Source: a bacterium (lineage in GTDB: Bacteria > Bacteroidota > Ignavibacteria > UBA10030). Taken from it: 64,000 nt of DNA. Below the pieces are notes generated by a model. That model was not told where the DNA came from, ran no database searches, and saw nothing but the letters and a program-made list of their open reading frames with translations. The stretch covers positions 224,812-288,811 of the forward strand of contig JAZDJN010000016.1 of the NCBI GenBank assembly GCA_043803945.1, given 5' to 3'. Position 1 is the stretch's first letter. Each line of letters begins with the position of its first letter. The position numbers and the translations under genes were made by a program. Below, piece after piece: positions 10,505-20,310 of this stretch.

Positions 10505-11571
10505 AGTCTGATCAACTCTTTTGTGGCGGTATTCAAAATTTCAATTGTCGATTCTCTTATCACTATGTCATCTTCGATTCTCACGCCACCAAAACCAGGG
10601 ATGTACACGCCAGGTTCAATGGTCAGCACATTGCCAGCCGCCAGGATGTCGTTACTGAAAGACGACACTTTTGGCAATTCGTGAACCTGAAGTCCAATGC
10701 CGTGTCCAAGGGAATGTGTGAAGTATTTTGCCATGCTGTGACGTCGGAGATCTCGCCGTGCAATCTGATCGAGTGTCTTTGCCGGCATTCCCTCATGCGC
10801 AGACTCTATTGCCTGTTCTTGGGCATGACGAACAGTATGATAAATCGTTTTCGCCTCCGAGGATGCTCTGCCAAGTGCAATAGTTCGTGTGAGATCGCTG
10901 TGATATCCATCGACCCTGCAGCCGAAATCCAGCACAACAAGTTCACCCCTCCTCAGAATTTTTGAGGAAGAACGTGCATGCGGCAAAGCGCTGCGCACGC
11001 CACTGGCAACAATCGGCTCAAATGCATCGGCCTCTGCGCCAAATTTCTTATGAAAGTAGCTGATTTCAGCAGCGATATCAAGTTCACTCATACCATCCTT
11101 GATGATTCCCAGAATCTTCTCCCAAACACGATCGGTGATGTTCACAGCTTTTCGTATGCTCGAAATCTCACTTTCGTCTTTAATCGCCATCTGCTCATCA
11201 ACAAGAGAGCCAACTGGAATATATTGAACACGAGGGAATACCGATTTCATATTCTCAAACGTTATGAGAGTGACATATTGGCTCTGAATTCCGATCCTCA
11301 TCTTCGTTTTGGCGGGAATTTTTACTGCCATAGCTTGTATGAGACTCCCTTTTGTAATCAGGAGAGAATATCCCGAAGTCTCTTGCCGTATTTGCTCACG
11401 ATATCGACCATCGGTAACAAGATATTGATTCGATGGTGAGATGAAACACATGGCATGAGAGCCTGAAAATCCTGAGAGATACCTGATATGCGGCAGTGAG
11501 GTGAGTAACAGCGCATCGATCTTCAAAACTTCACATCGTCTTAGTAACGTTTCAATGCGGTGTCTATACAT
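10501..11571 (-). CDS. M24 family Xaa-Pro aminopeptidase
   Basis: Creatinase N-domain followed by pita-bread domain with HSLGHGIGLQVHE and metal ligands; 356 aa. Confidence 0.8.
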   Translation of the reverse strand: MYRHRIETLLRRCEVLKIDALLLTSLPHIRYLSGFSGSHAMCFISPSNQYLVTDGRYREQIRQETSGYSLLITKGSLIQAMAVKIPAKTKMRIGIQSQYVTLITFENMKSVFPRVQYIPVGSLVDEQMAIKDESEISSIRKAVNITDRVWEKILGIIKDGMSELDIAAEISYFHKKFGAEADAFEPIVASGVRSALPHARSSSKILRRGELVVLDFGCRVDGYHSDLTRTIALGRASSEAKTIYHTVRHAQEQAIESAHEGMPAKTLDQIARRDLRRHSMAKYFTHSLGHGIGLQVHELPKVSSFSNDILAAGNVLTIEPGVYIPGFGGVRIEDDIVIRESTIEILNTATKELIRL

Positions 11572-11582
11572 TCTGTCCGAAA

Positions 11583-13058
<1,476 letters not shown>

Positions 13059-13074
13059 CTAAAGTGTTGAGTCA

Positions 13075-14244
13075 TTATTCAAAAGCCGGGAAGTCTGTAA
13101 TGTCCTCCCCCACAATCAATGTATGCATTTCGTGGGTACCTTCATACGTTTTAACAGATTCCAGATTTGCAGAATGACGCATGATAGGATACTCACTGAG
13201 AATGCCATTCGCACCAAGAATCTCGCGGGCCATGCGGGCAATTTCAAGCGCATGGAAAACATTATTGCGTTTTGCCATCGAAATCTGTGTGTATTTTGCT
13301 TTACCGGCATCCTTTAAGCGACCCAGTTGAACACAGAGCAATTGTCCTTTCGTTATCTCACTCACCATATAGACAAGCTTTTCCTGAGTCAACTGGAATG
13401 CAGCAATGGGTTTGCCGAATTGAATCCTGCTTTTTGAATAGTCAAGCGCCGTTTGATAACAAGCCATTGCCGCCCCGAGCGTTCCCCAGGCTATGCCATA
13501 TCGCGCTTGTGAAAGACACTGGAGAGGCGATTTGAGACCTTCTGATTTAGCAAGTATATGAGTATCAGGAATAAAACAATCTTCAAAGACCAACTCAGAG
13601 GTAATAGAAGCCCGGAGGGAATGTTTGCCTGTTATCTCGGGTGCTGAAAAACCTTTCATCCCCTTCTCAACAAGAAATCCCCTTATCATGCCATCCAACT
13701 TCGCCCAAACAATTGCGACATCGGCAATGCTCCCGTTGGTTATCCACATTTTAGTGCCGTTGAGAAGATAGCCTCCATCCATTTTCTCTGCTCGCGTACG
13801 AAGCCCACCTGGATTTGAGCCAAAATCAGGTTCAGTCAATCCAAAGCAACCAATAGCCAATCCGGTGGCGAGTTTGGGAAGCCAGAAATCTTTCTGTTTT
13901 TCGGAACCAAATGTGTAAATGGGATACATCACAAGCGAACTTTGAACTGAGACAAAGCTTCGGATGCCGCTGTCACCCCGCTCCAATTCCTGCATGACCA
14001 ACCCATAAGCAACATTATTCATCCCGGCACAGCCATATTCCTGCGGTAAAGTCGCCCCAAATAATCCCAATTCTGCCATCTTTGAGATTAATGTATGTGG
14101 GAATACACCCTCCAGATAATGTTTTTCAATGATGGGGATGATATTCTGCTCAGTAAATTCCCGCACTGTGCTCCGAACGAGAACCTCTTCCTCGCTCAAT
14201 AGCTCGTCAATACTAAAGTAATCCACACCGGGGAATTTCGACAT
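13075..14244 (-). CDS. Acyl-CoA dehydrogenase (glutaryl-CoA dehydrogenase-like)
   Basis: ACAD N/M/C domains, YGCAGMNNVAYGL, catalytic-base region; 389 aa. Confidence 0.85.
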   Translation of the reverse strand: MSKFPGVDYFSIDELLSEEEVLVRSTVREFTEQNIIPIIEKHYLEGVFPHTLISKMAELGLFGATLPQEYGCAGMNNVAYGLVMQELERGDSGIRSFVSVQSSLVMYPIYTFGSEKQKDFWLPKLATGLAIGCFGLTEPDFGSNPGGLRTRAEKMDGGYLLNGTKMWITNGSIADVAIVWAKLDGMIRGFLVEKGMKGFSAPEITGKHSLRASITSELVFEDCFIPDTHILAKSEGLKSPLQCLSQARYGIAWGTLGAAMACYQTALDYSKSRIQFGKPIAAFQLTQEKLVYMVSEITKGQLLCVQLGRLKDAGKAKYTQISMAKRNNVFHALEIARMAREILGANGILSEYPIMRHSANLESVKTYEGTHEMHTLIVGEDITDFPAFE

Positions 14245-14636
14245 TTAAAGCCCCTCAGGAGGGATAAGGAATGATTTATAAAACCTAGGTGTGAATTATT
14301 CTCTCTTCTCCCAATGAAAAAATACTCAAGAAAGGCTGAAAAGTCAAGGTAAGCTGGAATAGTGCTGAGATGATAAAATGAAGAGCCAGTTTCTCGATCG
14401 ACCCCACCATAGGTGACCGATGACTGGCTCATCAAGAAGGAGGTAGCTACTTTTGAAGTGCTCCATATTTTTAGACGCTGGAAAGGGAAAAAAGTTGCAT
14501 CGAGGAATATAAATATCTTAAAGAGAACTCCATCTTGTTCGATCAGGTTTTCGAATCGTTGATCAGTACTGACAGAGGAGAGATTTGGCATTTAATGAAG
14601 ATGCATCGCTAAGTTCCATGCGATAAAACATCCCGA

Positions 14637-16022
14637 CTAATCTTCCCGGGGGATTTTTAAGTTATGTCTTTTGATCTTAAGGTAGAGCGTCTTCGGTGTG
14701 ATGCCGAGAGCCTGTGCAGTTTTCTGGCGATTCCCGTGATGCATCTTGAGCGTCTTTTCGATGTGAATATTTTCGATCTCTTCAAGAGTCATCGACTTCT
14801 GAGGTTCAGAAACGATTTGGGGTTGGGCAACGGCAGGTGTGCTAGTGTGGAGGATTGTCGGATTCATCCACAGATCTTTTTGTTCGATGACATCACTTTG
14901 GCAGAGCACAACTGCGCCCTCAATGACATGCTCAAGTTCTCGGATATTTCCCGGCCAATCATAGCTGAGAAGCATCTCGAGAGCATTAGGATGAAATCGT
15001 TTCTGACTTGACTTCGATTTTCTTTTCAGAAAGTATTCCGCTAAAATCGGGATATCCTCTTTGCGATCTTTCAACGGGGGCAGCAGAATATTTACTACTT
15101 TAAGACGATAGAGAAGGTCTTCCCGAAACCGTCCTGCTTGTACTTCAGCAAGGAGGTTTTTATTGGTTGCCGAGATTACCCTGACATCCACCTTCATCGA
15201 TACGGTTCCACCAACTCTCCTGAATTCTCCTGTCTCCAGAAATCGCAACAACTTCGCTTGTGTAGGCTGACTGATATCGCCGACTTCATCGAGAAACAAT
15301 GTACCTCCATTGGCCACTTCGACTAATCCCTGTTTCGCGGCATAAGCATTTGTGAATGATCCCTTTTCATGTCCGAACAATTCACTCTCAAGCAATTGGT
15401 CGGGAATTGAGGCACAATTGACAGCCACAAATGGGCGATCCTTTCTCGGGCTCTCATGGTGGAGAAGCTGAGCGATTAGTTCCTTGCCTGTTCCACTTGC
15501 ACCATTGATCAACACAAAGGCTTCGCTTGCTGCGACTTTTTTTGCGTTGCTCAGAATAGTTTTAAATGCTTCATTCTGCCCTATAATTTCAGCCGATCCA
15601 CCAATTCGGGTCAGCTCGTTTTTCATGACCTCTTTCTCAATGACGAGTTGCCGGCGCTCAAGAGCGCGACGAACCGTAACGAGCAGCTGTTCACGATCAT
15701 AGGGCTTACTCACAAAGTCGTATGCTCCCAATTTAATCGTTTCGATCGCTGTTTTGTAATCCACAATATTGGTGAGCATGATAACTTGCGTCGTAGGAGA
15801 ATGCTCGTTGAGGTATTTTAAAACATCGATCCCACTCACGCGAGGCATCTGGATGTCAAGCAGTGCTACATCATAGATTTTCGATTGGATACGGTTGATT
15901 GCCGCAGTGCCATTTGAGGCAGTGTCGACAGAGTAATCTTTTTGCTCCTCGAGTTCGGTCTTGAGGAGGAAGGTAATGGATTCTTCATCATCGACAACAA
16001 GAATCTGGTACTTATTTCTCAT
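14637..16022 (-). CDS. Sigma-54-dependent response regulator (NtrC/Fis family)
   Basis: REC domain, AAA+ (GASGTGKE, GSFTNA, ESELFGHEKG), C-terminal HTH; 461 aa. Confidence 0.9.
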   Translation of the reverse strand: MRNKYQILVVDDEESITFLLKTELEEQKDYSVDTASNGTAAINRIQSKIYDVALLDIQMPRVSGIDVLKYLNEHSPTTQVIMLTNIVDYKTAIETIKLGAYDFVSKPYDREQLLVTVRRALERRQLVIEKEVMKNELTRIGGSAEIIGQNEAFKTILSNAKKVAASEAFVLINGASGTGKELIAQLLHHESPRKDRPFVAVNCASIPDQLLESELFGHEKGSFTNAYAAKQGLVEVANGGTLFLDEVGDISQPTQAKLLRFLETGEFRRVGGTVSMKVDVRVISATNKNLLAEVQAGRFREDLLYRLKVVNILLPPLKDRKEDIPILAEYFLKRKSKSSQKRFHPNALEMLLSYDWPGNIRELEHVIEGAVVLCQSDVIEQKDLWMNPTILHTSTPAVAQPQIVSEPQKSMTLEEIENIHIEKTLKMHHGNRQKTAQALGITPKTLYLKIKRHNLKIPRED

Positions 16023-16046
16023 AGCATCTCCCGGCGAGTAACGAGA

Positions 16047-16418
16047 TCAGACGCCGCTGAGTACTCGTTCCACCGTTGTGAGGAGATCGACCAGATCATA
16101 GGGCTTGCTGACAAAATCCTCTGCGCCTAACTTTTTCGATTCGATGGCATTCTTAAGGTCAGCGAACCCGGTCAGCATGATGACTTTGGATTTGGGGTGA
16201 TTGTCCTTGATGAACTTCAGAACTTCGAAGCCATCAACATTCGGCATCTTGATATCGAGAAGGATGAGATCAAATTCCTGTAATTTTAGTATGGAAATGG
16301 CTTCGGCTCCATCAGCAGCCATATTCACTTTATAGCCTTCACCCTCTAATTCAGCACTTAAGACAGTACGAAGTGCATCTTCATCATCAACGACAAGGAT
16401 GCGGTTCTTTTCTGCCAT
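16047..16418 (-). CDS. Stand-alone response regulator receiver (CheY-like) protein
   Basis: 123 aa, single REC domain (ILVVDDE...D...K). No output domain. Confidence 0.85.
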   Translation of the reverse strand: MAEKNRILVVDDEDALRTVLSAELEGEGYKVNMAADGAEAISILKLQEFDLILLDIKMPNVDGFEVLKFIKDNHPKSKVIMLTGFADLKNAIESKKLGAEDFVSKPYDLVDLLTTVERVLSGV

Positions 16419-16611
16419 AACACAATCTCCTAACTGAACCTTTTATGTGCTTGGTGCTTCTAGTTTCAAAACTCCCCTTCTCAAGTGGCGGCAGTATAGA
16501 TAAATTCCCCAAGAAAATCAACTTATTATCTCAACGCGATAAAAAAACCTCATAGCCGATTTCCAGCGTTGAATTTAATAAAAACTTCACATACCTTTAC
16601 ACAGCAAAGGT

Positions 16612-17304
16612 ATGACAACTGACCAACCTATTCTCTCAGACCCGCCAATCCACGTATTGCTCGTGGATGATGAACTCACGTTCGCCAAAGCGGTCAACCA
16701 TTTTCTCCAAAAATTCCCAAATCGTGAATTTAACCTTATCTGGAAGGATTCGGTTGAGGCAGGAATTCAGGAGGTCGCGAACAATAAAACAATCGATATC
16801 ATCATTACAGATTATGTTTTTGCAGAATCGAACGGCCTCGAGTTCTGTTTGCAATTAAATCAAATGAATACGGAAATCCCAATCATTTTCTTAACTGCGA
16901 CGAAGGATTTCAAATTAGCCATTGATGCGATGAAGCTCGGTGTCGAAGACTTCCTGCTGAAGGAAGACCTCTCGGAATCCCTTCTCCCCAGGACGATTAT
17001 CAATGTCCATGAGAGAGTACAAATGCGTCGGCAATCACACGCAATTGAGAAAAGGATGATTATTGCGGAAAAACGGGCCGAGGCAATCAGAGAACTCGTT
17101 GTAACCGTTTGTCACGAATTTAATAATCCGCTCGCTGCCATTAAGATCAGCACAGACCTGCTTCGACGGCAACCTATGTCCGAGAAGGAAGCACAAGTGT
17201 TCAAAACCTTTGACGAAAATTTTCAACAGATTGAGTCGGAGATAAAAAGGCTCCGAGATATTAACTTTGAAAAAATAGATTTTAGGAACCAAAAAATCGA
17301 TTGA
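16612..17304 (+). CDS. Receiver domain + HisKA (DHp) phosphoacceptor domain protein lacking an HATPase_c catalytic domain
   Basis: REC (VLLVDDELTFAKAV...DIIITDY) followed by H-box VCHEFNNPLAAI. ORF ends about 60 aa after the H-box with no N/G1/G2 ATP-binding boxes. Confidence 0.7.
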   Translation: MTTDQPILSDPPIHVLLVDDELTFAKAVNHFLQKFPNREFNLIWKDSVEAGIQEVANNKTIDIIITDYVFAESNGLEFCLQLNQMNTEIPIIFLTATKDFKLAIDAMKLGVEDFLLKEDLSESLLPRTIINVHERVQMRRQSHAIEKRMIIAEKRAEAIRELVVTVCHEFNNPLAAIKISTDLLRRQPMSEKEAQVFKTFDENFQQIESEIKRLRDINFEKIDFRNQKID

Positions 17305-17484
17305 GAGCCGATCTGATCGAGCTGAAAGATTGATTTTCATCTGTTTTTTTGCTATCTTATGGCAGCAGGTGAATTGAGATAATGACGCAGACACGATATG
17401 AGAAGCTAATCCAGTAGACAATGACATTAGAAAGTAGGAATAAACAACCGAACCACGGACAACATCGACAGTAAAGCACCAAAA

Positions 17485-17516
17485 GTGTCCCGCCCAAGAA
17501 GCGGGACACTTTTTTT
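17485..17516 (+). terminator. Rho-independent terminator (GTGTCCCGC-7nt-GCGGGACAC + T7) ending 1 nt before the nif3 start codon
   Basis: Perfect 9-bp GC-rich stem, 7-nt loop, run of 7 T, read directly from the sequence. Confidence 0.6.
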
Positions 17517-18641
17517 ATGGACAACTCTTCAGAGATGAACGTCGCTGATATTGAAAATATTATTGATCAATGGTCTCCCTCCTGGACAGCTTGGGAACGG
17601 GATAACTCCGGACTTCAAATTGGCAATCGATCGAGGCGAGTAACTAGAATCCTGCTCGCACTCGATGTTTCTGAGTCTATCATCAAAGAAGCTATATCAA
17701 AGAACGTACAGTTAATCATCACGCACCATCCATTGTTCTTCAGACATCCCGCTGCGATTACCTCTGCCAATTCAACAGGAAGACTCGCTCTGCTGCTTGC
17801 TGAACACAAAATTGCACTGCTCGCAGTTCATACAAATTTAGATTTTACTAAAAATGGAGTGAGTTTTTCACTTGCAAAGACTCTTGGACTGACCAAGATA
17901 CAGTTCCTCACGCCACTGAAAGAGACTCTGGCTAAGATCGTTGTTTTTGCACCTGAGGATCACGTTGAGACTGTAGCAAATGCCATGGCAACCTGCGGTG
18001 CCGGTCTAATTGGAAATTATTCCTCATGTTCGTTTCGGACAAACGGCGTAGGAACATTTCTCGGTTCTGACGAAAGCAATCCACACCTCGGCCAATCAAA
18101 CCAATTGGAACAAGTCCATGAGATTCGGCTTGAAATGATTGCACCGCGAGCGCGTGTAGGCAATATCATCGCTGCGATGAAGTCGGTACATCCCTATGAA
18201 GAAGTGGCTTATGACATTTATCCTCTTGATAATCCCAATCCAAACTACGGAATGGGTGCAATCGGAGAACTTCAAAAATCCATCGGGTTGACTGATTTTC
18301 TTTCCAGGGCCAAACGCGCTCTCCAGGCCGAAGGCGTTCGATATTCTGGCAATCTCCAGCAGCAAATTCGATCAATCGCCGTCTGCGGAGGGAGCGGTTC
18401 TGAACTCCTTGAGGACGCTATTCGTGCCCGGGCTGATATCTTTCTCACAGCAGATATCAAATACCACACATTTCAGGCAGCTGATCAACGTATTGCATTG
18501 GTTGATTCGGGACACTGGGAAACTGAGCGAATTATTCTTCCTGTACTGGCGAAGCACTTACGCCGGGCTTTCCAACAGAGCCGGGTTTCAATTCAACTTA
18601 TGATCACAAAGAAAATCACAAATCCAATTCATTATTATTAG
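17517..18641 (+). CDS. Nif3-like dinuclear metal center protein (GTP cyclohydrolase 1 type 2 homolog)
   Basis: 374 aa; NIF3/DUF34 family features (HHPL..F, HTNLD, inserted PII-like domain, HWETE). Confidence 0.8.
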   Translation: MDNSSEMNVADIENIIDQWSPSWTAWERDNSGLQIGNRSRRVTRILLALDVSESIIKEAISKNVQLIITHHPLFFRHPAAITSANSTGRLALLLAEHKIALLAVHTNLDFTKNGVSFSLAKTLGLTKIQFLTPLKETLAKIVVFAPEDHVETVANAMATCGAGLIGNYSSCSFRTNGVGTFLGSDESNPHLGQSNQLEQVHEIRLEMIAPRARVGNIIAAMKSVHPYEEVAYDIYPLDNPNPNYGMGAIGELQKSIGLTDFLSRAKRALQAEGVRYSGNLQQQIRSIAVCGGSGSELLEDAIRARADIFLTADIKYHTFQAADQRIALVDSGHWETERIILPVLAKHLRRAFQQSRVSIQLMITKKITNPIHYY

Positions 18642-18650
18642 GAGTATCAA

Positions 18651-19382
18651 TTGGAAAACAAGTTACGACTCCTTTTCTCACTTCAACAGATAGATTCCAG
18701 CCTTGATGAACTCGTGGAATTAAAAGGCGACCTTCCGCAGATTGTGGCAGATCTCGAGGAGAAGCTTTCCGCGAAAAAGTCCGGGAAAAAAGCTTTAGAA
18801 GCCGCCATCAAGCAGGCGTTAATGCGCAGAGATGATATCGATGTCGAGGTCATTTCATTGAAAGCAAAAATTGAGAAATACAAAGAACAGCAATTCCAAA
18901 TCAAAACGAATAAACAATATGATGCTTTGACCCGAGAAATCGACGGGGCACAACATACGATCAACCAACTCGAGAAGGAGATGGAAATCGTTGAGGGAAA
19001 CATTACGAATGGAAAAAAAGACCTCAATGATTTGCTGCCCATCCTGGATCAAATGTCGGAAGAATTGGTTGAACAGAAAACAGAATTGGAAGCTGTCAAC
19101 AAGGAACACGAAGAAGAAGAATTGAAGCTGCAGCATCAAAGGGAGAAAATCGCTGTCCGCATCAGTGATCACGATAAGCGAATGTACGAACGCATCCGTA
19201 AGGGTGTGGGAAATCAGGCAGTCGTTCCGGTAAGGAGGAATGCTTGCGGCGGTTGCTTCACACGGGTCACTCCACAGGCGATGGTCGAGTTGAGAAAGAA
19301 CCAGAAGGTTATGACCTGTGAGCATTGCGGCAGAATATTAGTTTCCGATGAAATCGTCGATACCCACTCTACACATCCATGA
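18651..19382 (+). CDS. Zinc-ribbon/coiled-coil protein (COG1579 family)
   Basis: Long coiled-coil N-region then C-terminal CGGCF...CEHCGRIL zinc ribbon. Conserved position between nif3 and rnhA. Confidence 0.7.
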   Translation: MENKLRLLFSLQQIDSSLDELVELKGDLPQIVADLEEKLSAKKSGKKALEAAIKQALMRRDDIDVEVISLKAKIEKYKEQQFQIKTNKQYDALTREIDGAQHTINQLEKEMEIVEGNITNGKKDLNDLLPILDQMSEELVEQKTELEAVNKEHEEEELKLQHQREKIAVRISDHDKRMYERIRKGVGNQAVVPVRRNACGGCFTRVTPQAMVELRKNQKVMTCEHCGRILVSDEIVDTHSTHP

Positions 19383-19795
19383 TTTTCCATGCTCACACAG
19401 ATGGTGCATCGAGAGGAAATCCCGGTGAAGCGGGTATTGGCATAACGATCAGGGATGACGCAGGGAGAAAAATCACCTCATTGTCCGGGTATATCGGGAT
19501 CGCCACAAATAATGTAGCGGAATATACAGCATTGCTTGCCTGTCTGAAGGCAATCGCCGGAACACCCTGCACACGATTGATTGTTCATTCTGATAGTGAA
19601 TTAATGGTTCGCCAGTTGAATGGAAAATACAAGGTTAAGGACTCTAATCTCAAAACGCTCTTCAGCCAGGCACAGAGGATCCTCCGGCAGGCTTCGTTTG
19701 ATTTTGAGATCAGGCACATTCCGCGCGAAGAGAATAAAGAAGCGGATCGGTTGGCAAACTTCGGCATTGATTCGAAAAAGAGTATCAAGATCTGA
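19379..19795 (+). CDS. rnhA: Ribonuclease HI
   Basis: HTDGASRGNPGEAGIG...VAEYTALLACL...HSDSELMVRQLNG...EENKEADRLAN catalytic DEDD pattern. ATGA overlap with the upstream gene. Confidence 0.85.
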   Translation: MIFHAHTDGASRGNPGEAGIGITIRDDAGRKITSLSGYIGIATNNVAEYTALLACLKAIAGTPCTRLIVHSDSELMVRQLNGKYKVKDSNLKTLFSQAQRILRQASFDFEIRHIPREENKEADRLANFGIDSKKSIKI

Positions 19796-19842
19796 AAAGC
19801 AGATTGATCGAGTTTAACTCAATACAACATCACATACAGGTA

Positions 19843-20278
19843 TGGTCGGCCAGGCAGTCGCTCCACGCTCGATCTGAGCGTGGGGAGGAAAGTCCGAACA
19901 CCACAGGGCATGGCGCCCTGGGTTAACCAGGGGTCCCATGGGCAAGAACCCATGGGAACGGAAAGTATCACAGAAAATACACATCCCGTTCACTTCGAAG
20001 AAGTGAGCGAGAGAATGGTGAAATGGTGGTGTAAGAGACCACCGCATATCGAGTGATCGATATGGTCTCGTTTGAGATCCCGTGTGAACAATTGTTCATA
20101 CGGGACACGATAAACCCCACCTGGTGCAAGACCAAGTAAATCACGTTCGAGATTTCTCGTCAAGGTTGCCCGTCTTGGACCCGACTCGTCGGGTCGGCGT
20201 GAAGGGTAGGTCGCATTAGAGAAATGACTGCCTCTCCGTCCAGTACGGAAAGACAGAATTCGGCTTATCGACCGGCCA
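19843..20278 (+). ncRNA. rnpB: RNase P RNA, bacterial type A
   Basis: Universal blocks present: GGGAGGAAAGTCCGAACACCACAGGGCA (P4 region), GGTGAAATGGTGGTGTAAGAGACCACC, ACGATAAACCCCACCTGGTGCAAGACCAAGTAAAT, GAAGGGTAGGTCGC, GACAGAATTCGGCTTATCGACCGGCC (3' P4/P1). The 5' GGTCGGCC pairs with the 3' GACCGGCC, and a T7 run follows. About 435 nt. Confidence 0.9.
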
Positions 20279-20310
20279 TATCTGTTTTTTTCTAAGTAAA
20301 GGATTCATTC

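Noticed and set aside
14196-14591. 131-aa ORF overlapping the acyl-CoA dehydrogenase start
   Set aside because: It overlaps the start of a well-supported gene out of frame, has no features, and lies in an intergenic leader. It is spurious.
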